From Callorhinchus milii (lineage: Eukaryota), in NCBI RefSeq assembly GCF_018977255.1, contig NW_024705229.1, positions 1 through 60,624 on the forward strand: 60,624 nt of DNA, read 5' to 3'. Numbering within the stretch: position 1 is the first letter of the stretch; each line of letters opens with the position of its first letter. The notes under the pieces were generated by a model that saw nothing but the letters and a program-made list of their open reading frames with translations, made no database searches and was not told where the DNA came from. Below, one piece after another: positions 40,901 to 52,091 of this stretch. Made by a program: the position numbers and the translations under genes.

Positions 40901-41930
40901 ATTCTGACCGCTTGGTGCTGTTGGGACCTGAGCCTTTAAGTCCTTGCACCGTCTCCGCTTATACGTATAATACAGGCACTCCAGCATGGAAACGTACCTA
41001 GCCAGCATTTGACAAACGTTACCTTCATCCGCTCCTGGAGTCTTTATAAGCAGCAATCCCTTTCCGTTTTCCCCGTGACTATAACGCTCCGTACGATATA
41101 TTAAAAGTCGAGGCCAGGTTTCTGACAAGGTACCAGTAGACCAAATGACTGGCATGTTAATAATCGCTACGGGATATTTCGACGCAGAGAAAGAATCGGC
41201 TATCCCGTCACGAGCCTTTCCCCATCAATGAACTTTGCACCTCCCGATGCACTGCATAAATTGGGATCACTAGCATTGAGCTTGCGAGCGGCTGAGAAAA
41301 TCGTGGTACGCAACGAACCCGTATTAGGGATGTAAAACCACGAAGCTATATTGACATTACATTGACGTTTCATGCCTGTTGAGGCCTCGTGAAATGATAG
41401 TGCATAGCTTTGCGTTCTTCCTTGAAGGCCCTAAGCTTAAACTGTTCATGTTAATTTGGTTTTCTGCGCTTACGTGGTAACGAAGCATGGCGGGCATTTA
41501 TCATAACGGAATACTTTTGAGAATCCTTACGTCGCTTGATGAACCCGCCGTTCCAAATTGCGACCTATCAAACTCATAACGCCGTATTTCAGCGAAATTG
41601 TGATTGAAATTGATCCAATGAGGTCGCTACCCAATTAAGGTATACTTGACTAGACCTTTTAGTTCGTCTGATTAAAGTACTAATGCGAAAGCCATTCTTC
41701 CAAGAAAGTGTCCCGCCGCCCTTATAATTAACGGTTTGTAATAGTATGGTACTAGCCTCGAAACTCACGCAAACTGCGTCTAAACCATCCCAAGAAGGTA
41801 GGGTGTATAGCGCGTCCCCGACGACTTCTCAAACCGCAGTCCTAAATAAGGTTTCGCCGGGGTACGTTGGTCTCCCTTGTAACCCCCTGGGTGACTTCAT
41901 AAGTACTGAGATGCCGCTGTACCAACATTA
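19933..41930. other. ~22-kb featureless, random-like block (no gene, repeat or low-complexity tract recognised)
   Basis: Near-even base usage by eye, frequent CpG and TpA, no microsatellites, none of the repeat families common in the flanks; longest listed ORF 141 aa with no recognisable motif; right boundary approximate. Confidence 0.8.
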
Positions 41931-43774
41931 ATAAACAATGTCCACTTCACATCAGCCGGGCTGCTGACAATGTGCAGTCCCTTATGTTTGACTGGAATAC
42001 AAACGACGAGGTAACCTGCTTTTAATTTGGCCACGATAAATCACTGTGGTGAGCTACAGTATGTACTGGGTGCTGTCACTTCTTCACCAGCCTGTACAGA
42101 CTGACATGGTCAGACCCAGCATGGGAATGCTGTCATCCAGCAGTGGACTGGCCAAGGTGCTGTAATGGTTTGTATTGTTATTTTTACTATTTATTCCAGT
42201 GAAACCCATAAATACAAATTGATTATAATCGTACGTGCAATATGAGCAGTGTGGTGAAGTATGGTGAAATAGCCCCCCATGAGGCAGATGGCTTGGTGGC
42301 AAGGACCTCATCCATAATTACAATTGTACATTATATTTTATTTATAATTTAATAGATTTGAGGACTGTGAGTGGTAGTGGTGGCCTGACGAGGCATTAAT
42401 CCAACATTGCATGATGATGATGAAATCACCATGCACCACTGTGCCCAAATATATTCATTAACGGGTGAGGGTTTGTGTGCGAGCTTTCGCTCATAATGGC
42501 ATAACTTTTTCTGGCCTACACAAGCGTAGGGAGGAAAAATAAACCCACCTCATTGATCAGCAGCCACACAAGCACGAGTCCTTTATGTGCCAGCAGGTAT
42601 ATACATATAAAAAAAAACAACCCACAATTTCTAAATTCCAAAAAATACAGGGGGGTACTCCTTGAATTGGCTCTCAAGTCGGCCTCTCCGGGTGAGTTTT
42701 GGCGAAGAAATGTGGCCGAGGTGAAAAATGAATGAATACAAAAATGAAAACTTCTCAGGAATTCTTGAAACCTTTAACGCTGACACAAAGGGCTGCAGTG
42801 TGGCTGTGCTTTGTGCAGTCTCAACTCGCAAGACCAAGACAAACAAACCATTGCTGTGCTTGTAACGGCGATTAACGTAGTACAGTATCACTATTTGAGC
42901 CCAAGAGGGCTTATGACTTTCAACTATAGAGCCATGAGGTTTGTTTTGGTCTTTTTAAGTTGAGATAATCACAGATAAATGACCATTATCTACACCCACG
43001 CGAGATAAATTACCATTATTTTCAAGGGAAGCCGTATACGTAGCACCAAATACGGTAGAGCAGAAACATGTCACGTACTGTAATAAAAAACTAAACATAG
43101 CAGTGCGATCCAAAAGATATTAAGTATATAAATTGACAAAAAATTATACAATTGCAAGAACATCGTAGGATTTTAATCAATAGTGAAAACATGTCAGCGG
43201 TTTATAAATTAAATAAACTTTCAACTAGATTAGAGAGATTAAATACTTTCCAGATATGCTAAAGTGTAGGCATTTTTGATATTGTTGCAATTCCGGCGTT
43301 TTATTCGTAAATGTATTTGACGCTCCTCAGATTTTACAAGCTTACTGACTGCAAATGGCTTTTTGTGTTTTTCGTATTAATGCCCCGAATTGCCACATAC
43401 AAATCTATTCCGAGAGCCGCCTTTGCATGCCCTATAGTCCTAGGCTATAATAAAGATGAAAAAAAAATGAGGATGTAAACCACAGTAAAAAATGTATTAG
43501 CGTAGTGCAGGACATTGCAAGAGTCCTACTATATTTGTTACGGTACAGTTGAGACTTTAACCAAAGTATTACTTAACTAAAAAAACGTGTTTTTTTCCTG
43601 ACTGATCAATATTTAATCGTAAAAAAACCCCCAAACATTCGTCCATAACACTGTCTCAAATGAAACAAAAAAACATAAAATCGGCGACGTTTTGAGGCAA
43701 AGCCCTTTACTTTAAAAACACTTTTAATCGGTCACTCGGTGTTATTTTTGTGTTTTAAGTATTAAAAAGTATTA

Positions 43775-43862
43775 TTGGTTCTTTCGGTAAAGTCACGTAG
43801 AAGGGAAATAGTAAAGAACCAACAATATGAATCCCTGCACAGTCACGAAAGCTTTAAATCAA
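43775..43862 (+). mobile_element. Penelope-like family B mini-element (internally deleted fold-back)
   Basis: TTGGTTCTTTCGGTAAAGTCACGTAG...AAAGAACCAA plus tail CAGTCACGAAAGCTTTAAATC; approximate TSD TATTAAAAA(A)GTA. Confidence 0.75.
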
Positions 43863-44444
43863 AATTATATATTAAAAAAGTACTTTAATCGACATCAATG
43901 AAATATTTCAGAACAAGACACATCGGGTGCCGTTAGGTCTTTGTCTTGCTGCTTTTTTGATAGATTTGTCCTCACTGCAAACCAAAGCGACACACGAATG
44001 TTGGTGTGGGGGGGGTCTATGCGAGATGCGCCAGCGCTTTTAGAGCGTGAACCCACAACAACCACCACCACCACCACGTGCGTGCAAATCGGAGTGCAGC
44101 AAGCTGAGAGTACTCACGTCCAGAGCCGTGAGTATGAGCCACCCCACAAGTCGCAATCAACAACCACACGGAGAGGCACCCAACTCCGATGACATTCATT
44201 CCCATCCCAGTCGCCATGGTCAAGGTGGAGAGGCTTGCACGGTGTATCTGCCTGCCTGACTGCTGTTCCCACTCTGCCCTTTATGAGACTGAGCTGCATG
44301 CAACTGGAAGTTGGAAGGAGGGTAGCAAGGGAGGGCAAAGTGACATTGAGCGGTGGGGGTTGGCGTTGAGATTTGTGGATGGGATTGCGAGTGGGTTGAG
44401 TGGGTCTCTATGGTCCAGCTCGCCATCTTGTGGATAGACTCAAT

Positions 44445-44584
44445 ACTCTGTTCCACCACCTGAAGACGGTCGCTTGTGTTGCGATCGAAATGTCGTGATT
44501 TATTGTATTTTCTACCCACGTGACTTTACCGAAAGAACCAACGAGTATGGATTCCTGCAGTCACGAAAGCTTCAAATCAAGATT
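44445..44584 (+). mobile_element. Penelope-like family B single-arm copy with hammerhead
   Basis: TSD GATAGACTCAAT at 44433-44444 and 44585-44596; family end CACGTGACTTTACCGAAAGAACC and tail GCAGTCACGAAAGCTTCAAATC. Confidence 0.8.
44457..44497 (+). ncRNA. minimal type I hammerhead ribozyme
   Basis: cac-CTGAAGA-c-ggtcgc-ttgtgtt-gcgatc-GAAA-tGTC-gtg. Confidence 0.75.
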
Positions 44585-45081
44585 GATAGACTCAATGTTT
44601 TGTGATGTAGTGTGCGTCGCACGTGTACATTTTGCAAGTGGGCACTGCACGAATGTTGTTTCGTGAGAGATCAGAATGGATTTTATTCAAGTCGTATGCC
44701 CATCGCATCGAATAGTCCAGATCCTTGGAGACGAGGCTTGGGAATCACACAAATACTATGTATGGAACCTCCCAAGGTTTACGGACCTTGGCCAGGAGAT
44801 GGCAGTGCATGCAAGTTATTTGTGCGTTTTATAGATACACGGTAGTACAGGAAAGCCGAGTCACTAGTAATGGATGGTGGCGATGTAAACCAAAACTATC
44901 TATGGACCATATATGGAGGAGAAAGTGCAAAAACCTGCACGAACTCCCGCTCCAAAAGCCCTCTTCTCGTCGTGGCTAGCAGAGCTCATTGGCATGTACG
45001 CAGGGATCGAATAGTCATGTGAAACTCCTGGATCCTCTGGACGGAGGTACAGTGTTTATGCCATTTATTGTGAAAATTCCG

Positions 45082-45438
45082 TCACAGTTCCTATGATTGC
45101 TTTTCATTGCTTTCATGGCTTTATTTGGTGATTTCGAAAAGTGTATTGGTTTAGCCATGTTTGTTTGTTGTAGTACGAGTTAGACTGATGGCCTTAATCT
45201 AAGTTTTCTTATGGTTGTTGTTGTTGTTGACTTGCATCCCACTTGGATTTTGCACACAGCGTTGGTGTACGGTGCTTTTTTCTGCAATATTTTGCTGTCT
45301 TTTCTTGGATTTTCTGTTTGCACTTAGTCACATATTCACTTCAAGATGTTTTTTGTTCATGTTTTTTGTTTGTTGCGGTTGCACCCGATTCAAGAGCCGA
45401 ATGGGTCACAGGGCTATACCTAATACATGAACTTGAAA
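45082..45438 (+). mobile_element. LINE 3' UTR fragment, same family as 3002-3350
   Basis: Collinear similarity from TCACAGTTCCTATGAT to CAGGG.TATACCTAATA. Confidence 0.7.
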
Positions 45439-45769
45439 TGAAGCGCAGCAAGATGCTGTGATTTGTGAACTCGTCTGCGGATCTTTGAGTGCCAGCACCT
45501 CAAAACGAGCAATGTTTTGTGTACGTGTACTGTCATCGTTTGCTTTCCAAAAGCTTACAAATTCCTGAGTCTCAATGAGGCTTTCCTGGATAAATGTGTT
45601 TTTTTACATCTGTATTCTATCATACCTCATCAGTATAATTTGATACTGTACAGTATTAGCTTTTTACAAACACTACACACTGATAATTGGTTCTTTACCC
45701 TTCTATCTGGCAACAAACGACACTATCACCACTATTACAGAAGTAGAAAATGACAATCACTCTAATCAT

Positions 45770-46612
45770 CATTCACATCTCCATCTACATGACCACTATT
45801 ACATCGCCACCATCAGTGATCAATTTCATCATCACACCACCACCACTATAATCACCATCGCAATCTTCACCACAACCACCATCATCACTATCATCAGTCA
45901 TCACCAGAATCACCACCATTACTATAAAAAACCACACCATCACTCCCATCATCAACACCATCACTTCCATCATCACCACCACCATCACTATCCCCATTAT
46001 ATTATGGTTCTTTCGGAAAAGTGACGTAGAAGGGAAATTATTAAAATAAGTATAATTTTTTTGTCATTTTATTATTTCCCTTCTACGTGAATTTACCGAA
46101 AGAACCAAGAATATGAATCCTGCAGTCACGAAAGCTTTAAATCGACAAATACCCCATTATCACCACCACCATCACTCCCATCATCACTGCCCCATCATCA
46201 CCACCACACAATTCCACCACCACCATCGCTTCCATCATCATCACAACCATCATCACTCCCATCATCACCACCACCACCATCACTCCATCATCACCACCAC
46301 CACAATTCCATCACCACCACCATCACTTACATCATCATCACAACCACCATCACAACCACCATCACTCCCATCATCACCACCACCACTCCCATCACCACCA
46401 CCACTCCCATCATCACCACCACCATCACTCCATCACCACTACCATCACTCCCATCATCACCACCACTCCCATCATCACCACCATCACTACCCCCATCATC
46501 ACCACCACCATCACTCCCATCATCACCACCATCACTCCCATCACCACCACAATTCCACCACCACCATCACTCCCATCATCACCACCACAATTCACCACCA
46601 CCACTCCCACCC
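45770..46612. repeat. degenerate (CAC/CAT)n microsatellite interrupted by a family B element
   Basis: CATCACCACCACCATCACTCC-type units directly visible. Confidence 0.9.
46001..46151 (+). mobile_element. Penelope-like family B mini-palindrome
   Basis: Inverted arms TGGTTCTTTCGGAAAAGTGACGTAGAAGGGAAAT / ATTTCCCTTCTACGTGAATTTACCGAAAGAACCA plus tail; TSD CCCCATTAT at 45992-46000 and 46152-46160. Confidence 0.8.
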
Positions 46613-46629
46613 CAGCCCCCGTTACGTTG

Positions 46630-46641
46630 TGCGCATGCGCA
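46630..46641. promoter_or_regulatory. perfect NRF1-type palindrome TGCGCATGCGCA, candidate promoter of the OST4-like gene
   Basis: Exact consensus; donor-like GTGAGT at 46671 and acceptor CTCCCTGTTGCAG ending 48159 would give a non-coding first exon. Confidence 0.4.
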
Positions 46642-48188
46642 CTGAACCCCCATCACAGAGCCCGGTGTTTGTGAGTCACTTTACCCGCACTTTGCATCGT
46701 TCCCACCCGAATATAAACGCCACATTTGTGATACCTCTCAATTTCAGTAATGTGTCCTTGTATTCGCAAAGTCTTCGTTAACGACGTAACGACATTTGCG
46801 AGTTGTAAAAGTCGTACTTCATCTCGACCCACGCAGGGGTTAAATCTAGAACTCGACTAGCCAGGCCGCCGTCTGACAGGTTGATGATGCAAATACATTA
46901 TTAAACACTTGTAGCCTACTGCATCGCTGACGTTTAACTTAGACAAGAATGAAAATATTTTAATTCGCACGGTGTCAATTAAATGTATAATATACGATTG
47001 CAGTAACGTCAAATGCTTGTTTAGCTTGACATCTACGGAAGCTCGGTGGCTGTTATACTCGGTTCGCGTTTTAAAAAGACCGCAAATTGTGACATTAATA
47101 TGAATGAATATTCTTTAATATGACTTCCATAGTTTTCTTGTTATTCCCGGCCAGTAAAAAAATAATAACTCATGTGCCTATGGCGGGACAACGTTCTGGG
47201 CAGTAGAAGACCATGCATTAAAAACCCATTGTACCGTACTGATTAATGTTCTACCACATCGATGCTTTCCGCCCTCACCATTACACTACTGAATGCATAA
47301 TAAGTATAACCAGTAAAAACAAAGTTTTTCACTATAAATCTTTATATGCGTGGCGGCTAGAGTCCTCTCGTCCTCTGGCTTGAGATGGCTGCCACCTATG
47401 GGTCAGATGATTGCATTGCACCATTAAGCAATTGGTAATTAAATATAATATTTTTGTCTAAAAAGTGTAAAATTTTGGAAAAAATTTTTCACGAACATTA
47501 ATTGTCACGCACAACGAGTCTGTGTGCAAAATGTCAGCTCGATTGGATCACGGGAAGTGGGTTAAAAAACGACCGAAAGATTTGCACGGTCCTAAGCAAG
47601 CAAGCGAACTTAATATAAAGGATTTAAAAAGACGTGCAATTATTCCGCACTTAATTACATATCTGAGTGAAAGTAAAACATTGCTTTTGACTTATAAGAT
47701 AATTTAGTTAAGTAACAGAGAGGAAACGTGCTGCCACCTACTGTGCGGACGAGAGGTCACTTGAAGGCATCTTCGTGGAATCTGGATCTGGGTGCCGTCT
47801 CTAACATGAAGGGTTGCACTGCTCTGAGATAGATGCGAATGGATACTTTGTCTCAACCTAATGCCCATAGCACACTCAGGAGTCTATACTCTATAGTGTC
47901 ATCCTCATATTGAGGGTGGATGACCATGATAGATGCTTTCCATATTTCGTGTTCTTCAGCATCTCACATGGAGTCTTGTAAAATTGCCCGAACTCTCCCA
48001 CCAACTGATCTGCGTGTATCCTCTTCCACCGATCCCTTCCATTTTCCCTCGCAGAATCACCTTCAAGTCCTGCGAATGGCACCTCATCAACTTTCTGAAG
48101 ACAACATTGGGGAAAGGAAAAAAACATTTAAATCCCACGCTGCAATCTCCCTGTTGCAGGACCTTACCGATGGAGGGCGGCGCGGGCT

Positions 48189-48416
48189 ATGGTGGCTAGG
48201 GACCCGGCGGCAGGGCTGGCGGTGCTGGTGAACGCGCTGGGCGTTGCCGTTTTCCTGCTCGTCGTGCTACGGCACCTGCTGGAGGTGCGGCACGTGGCCA
48301 CGCGGGCCAGCGGCCACGCCGCGTTGCGGACCGAGGGCGTCTACGAGGCCAGGCCGCGGAGGGTCGGAGACTCGCGGGGACGCCGGCTCGTCTTTGAGAG
48401 GATCGCGGAGTCGTGA
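48189..48416 (+). CDS. OST4-like small single-pass membrane protein (divergent, C-terminally extended)
   Basis: GLAVLVNALGVAVFLLVVLRHLLEV aligns with recalled OST4 [25 protein letters not shown]; GC-rich codons, upstream acceptor, AATAAA at 48661. Confidence 0.6.
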   Translation: MVARDPAAGLAVLVNALGVAVFLLVVLRHLLEVRHVATRASGHAALRTEGVYEARPRRVGDSRGRRLVFERIAES

Positions 48417-48428
48417 GACCGATGCATG

Positions 48429-48485
48429 CACAGCGGTTGTGACCTTGACAGCGGTCGTGACCTTGACAGCGGTCGTGACCTTTAC
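48429..48485 (+). repeat. 18-bp tandem repeat x3 (ACAGCGGTCGTGACCTTG)
   Basis: Directly visible. Confidence 0.9.
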
Positions 48486-48876
48486 AAGGCTGTTGAGGAG
48501 GTGCTACTGTCGTTTAAAAAAGAGTCATTAGCGATAAGCTTTAAATCCCAGCAGGACTATCTTGAAAGTCTTGGGGGAGCAGTAAGACTTGTGGAAATAC
48601 ACGACGTATTCATTTACGTTTACTTTTAAAGTATCGAGCTAAGATTTTCCTGACTGAAGGAATAAAATATTAATGAGTACTTTCAAAAATTTTCTAAAAT
48701 AACCTAATCACAAGATGGAGCAAAACTAAAAAATCAGGGCAAGGTGAAACACACAAAACAATCAAGAAATATGAATACATAGTAAGAAAATTATTTATCT
48801 AACTTTTGGATTTACCGAAGATTGGTTTCGAGCACTTGGGAGGACTGAACTGGTGAAGGGGGTGTTGGAGCGAGCC

Positions 48877-51142
48877 ATGGCAGCGGCGGTGGCGGCAGGC
48901 CGCGTGGTGCGGGTGGTGTCGCTGGGCCGCGTGGGTATGCGCAGGCCCTCGCCGTGCAGACGCGTCTGGCGCGAGCGCTGCTGGACCACCTGGCGGCGCC
49001 CAGCGGCCCTGCACCGCCTGACACCCTGCTCCTGTGTGAGCACGAGCCCGTGTACACTGTGGGCATCCGCCAGGTGAGTTTGAAGTATAATGTTGCATGT
49101 AGCTGTGACGTGACCCAGCAGAAATGCGCTCATCACTTTTTGTAGGTGTTCGCGGTTCGAGCCAGCTGGCCACCCCGATTAATACTCCAGGTGTATTAAC
49201 CGCAAAAGTTTTTGTGCTGTCTTCGTCACAGCGGATGGTAATGATCCTGTGATGTTATTTGCAAAAGAATAGACCAAATTAAATGTGCCTGCATCATGGT
49301 ACAAACTTTGCCATATTTGAAAAATTATCAGTAAAACCACACGATATTTCCCCCAACTACCAGACTAGATTTTTTGTGATAGTCTCGTGCTATAAGAATT
49401 CCACGCATACTACCAAATGTACTTATCGTTATTATGTAAAATGACTTATTATTTAATAATTATTCATGACACAAAACTCCTAAACGAATGAACGCAAACC
49501 AGGCGCCGTACCCTGCCGAAGTGGAGACCCGGCTGCGAGCTCTGGGTGCCGACTTCCACCGCACGAACCGCGGCGGCCTCATCACGTTCCACGGACCGGG
49601 CCAGCTCGTGTGCTACCCCGTGCTGCACCTAGCCCGGCACCGCAGGAGCCTGCGCTGGTACGTCTGCCAGCTGGAGCGAGTGGCAGCGGACGCATGCCGC
49701 GACCTCGGCGTGCCCGCCCACTCGCATGAGCAGCACACGGGTGTCTGGGTCGGCGAGCGCAAGATCTGCGCCATCGGTGAGCGGCACGCGCCAAGCAGAC
49801 CGCGGCTCAATTAAAATTATCGCATCGTTCGTCGTGAGGTGCGACACAATGTGACCTTCGTTGTGGTTGAAGATATCGGCGCTGCTGTAATTTTCATTAT
49901 AATTTATCCCAAACCTGTGTTTGCTCAGGATGCATGGGTGCACTGCTGTGTGAGTCAAGAGGGGGGATTGAGAGAGACAGGCTGGAAATGTTATAAAAAT
50001 CGCCAATATGGATTCGTCCATCAGATTCTTACACTTTAAGAATTTAATCTAAGAATAGTTTTCCTCATTTTGTTTAAACCTACTCGGGTGGAGTGGTGGC
50101 GCATTCATTTTGATCACTGTGCCGTGAAACTCCTGCAACCCAAGTTGAATTCCAGCCACAGTTAACATCAGTGGCGAGTGATATCTGAACTATTCCCGGT
50201 ACCCCTTCACCATCTAAGCTGACTAGCTTGGTGAAGTATGGTTAAGAAATCCCCATGGCTGACATGGCATGGGGAGTTCTTCGTCCAGTTATGGATTGAC
50301 ACAAGAGCTGACACATTAACTAAGCTGTTAACAACCTATTCTTAGGTGTTTTCGGTAAAGTCACGTAGGTAAAACATCAAAATTAATAAAAATAATAAAA
50401 TAAAAATAAAGATCACGACGTTTCGGAGGCAACACAAGTCTCCGTCATCAGGTGGGACAGTCACAGCCAGATCAGCTGCATCAAGTGAGGCAATGATTCA
50501 AGATGTAATCCCTTAAAAGCGAGTTGAGGGGGGAAGAGAGGGGGGGGCTCATCAGAATGTGGTAGCCTCAACTCGCTTTTAAGGGATTACATCTTGAATC
50601 ATTGCCTCACTTGATGCAGCTGATCTGGCTGTGACTGTCCCACCTGATGACGGAGACTTGTGTTGCCTCCGAAACGTCGTGATCTTTATTTTTATTTTAT
50701 TATTTTTATTAATTTTGATGTTTTACCTACGTGACTTTACCGAAAACACCTAAGAATATGATTCCTTGCAGTCACGAAAGCTTCAAGTCTAGTGTTAACA
50801 ACCTCGCGAGGGCAGTATTTCTTTCGCACAGGAGCCCTGGGACTCATGCTGTTGAGACAACTGCTTAAGCTGAGTGTTCTGTACCAGGTATCCACTGCGC
50901 CGCTTTGTGACGTGGCATGGCTCGCACTCAACTGCGACTGCGACCTGCGCTGGTTCGAGCACGTGGTGCCGTGCGGCCTAGAGGGCCTGGGCGTCACGTC
51001 ACTGTCGCGCGAGCTGGACCGCCGCGTGGCCATCCCAGAGGCCGAGACGCCGCTCCTGCGCGCCTTCGCCCGCCACTTCCAGTGCGAGCTGGTGCCTGGC
51101 AGCCTGGATCTCCCGAGCGACGAAACACAACCCCAACGCTAA
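48877..51142 (+). CDS. LIPT2: lipoyl(octanoyl) transferase 2, mitochondrial (LipB family); exons 48877-49073, 49503-49776, 50888-51142
   Basis: [74 protein letters not shown]; GT-AG introns; three apparent 1-bp deletions (~48934, ~50900, ~50920). Confidence 0.95.
50086..50290 (+). mobile_element. tRNA-derived SINE (related to 12530-12650)
   Basis: GGAGTGGTGGCGCA...AAGTTGAATTCCAGCCACAGTTAACATCAGT. Confidence 0.45.
50414..50454 (-). ncRNA. minimal type I hammerhead ribozyme (mirror copy in left arm)
   Basis: Reverse complement of 50641-50681. Confidence 0.8.
50641..50681 (+). ncRNA. minimal type I hammerhead ribozyme
   Basis: cac-CTGATGA-c-ggagac-ttgtgtt-gcctcc-GAAA-cGTC-gtg: complete core, 3-bp stem I, palindromic ACGT at stem III. 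Confidence 0.82.
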
Positions 51143-51180
51143 AGCCGTCGTCGATGCTATAATGAACACATGTACAAGTG

Positions 51181-51298
51181 GCCTATGAGAAAATCACCCG
51201 GAATACTCCCGATCCTGTCAGATCTCACAAGCTAAGCTGGCTTGAGCCTAGCTAGTGGTTGGATGGGCGACCACCTGCATTAAACATGTCGTTGGCTT
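51181..51298 (+). pseudogene. degenerate 5S rRNA copy or SINE3 head just after the LIPT2 stop
   Basis: CCCGATCCTGTCAGATCTCACAAGCTAAGCTGG...CTAGTGGTTGGATGGGCGACCACCTG collinear with 5S CCCGATCTCGTCTGATCTCGGAAGCTAAGCAGG...TTAGTACTTGGATGGGAGACCGCCTG; ~118 nt. Confidence 0.7.
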
Positions 51299-52091
51299 CC
51301 AAGGACAGTACAGAAAATTTCAATTTGACGGATGTACATATAAAACAAATACAAATATTAAAATGGACAGCCATTTGTCAATCTATTTCTGGATGGCCTC
51401 CCCCATGCCACGTCAGTTAGCAAGGTTGTTTGACCATACTTCGCCATGCTGGCCCATGTGGGTTGGTGAAGGGGAAGCCCAAGACCGGTTCAGATAAAAC
51501 TCACCACCGATGTTCGTTGTGCCTGAATATGAACTTGGGTCAGCAGACTCATCGCGCAGTGCACGAGCTCTGCACCACTGCTCCACCATATGTGAACGTA
51601 CAAATGTGAACTTTACTTATATCTAGGTGAGAGCCTATTTTGACAAAAGTTTATTTTGCAAAGGAGACCTTCGATGAAGAGAATGTATGGTAAATCAAAT
51701 ATGGAAATTATCAACAAAATGATAAAATTATTTATAAAAAAATACATGTAAACATGAAAACAAAATATATTTAAGATTTACAATCCATAAAAACTAATTG
51801 CTACATTTCTTTGTTCAATGTAACACCAGCACCTACAATAAAAGACACATTATTACTCTTTGGGGTTTTGGCTATAGATTTCTTAATTTTGTTTTCACAA
51901 AATATCTATGTTCATGATTGTTAGTGTCCACATTGAGGATTCCCGTTCTGCTCCATTGCCAAGTCGGAAGGTGGTGTCAGTGCTGGAAGATGTCACCGAG
52001 AAGTGGATTGAGAATAGCTGTTGACAATGGTGATGATGTGAGAGTGACAAGGGCTCAGTTTATTTCCAAAAAATTTTAACAATTTTTTTTA

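Larger units (their letters stand above)
50337..50792 (+). mobile_element. young Penelope-like family B fold-back element in LIPT2 intron 2
   Basis: 193-bp inverted arms 50337-50529 and 50566-50758 with no mismatch found by eye, 36-nt spacer, 3' tail; TSD TGTTAACAACCT at 50326-50337 and 50793-50804. Confidence 0.88.

Noticed and set aside
19933-41930. ORFs of 60-141 aa in the central block as viral, bacterial or transposon genes
   Set aside because: Lengths look like chance expectation; no motif, codon bias, operon-like packing or splice structure recognised
42091-42160. Exon-like PVQTDMVRPSMGMLSSSSGLAK segment
   Set aside because: Contains TCATCCAGCAGTGGACTG, the RTE LINE 3' end also seen at 16490, so more likely a repeat remnant
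46113-46781. 222-aa His/Pro-rich ORF, the longest in the track
   Set aside because: It is the translation of a (CAC/CAT)n microsatellite, and its ATG comes from the tail of a family B element
47364-47757. Possible MITE bounded by CCTCTCGTCC / GGACGAGAGG
   Set aside because: Only a 10-bp exact inverted match, with no clear TSD or second copy in the window
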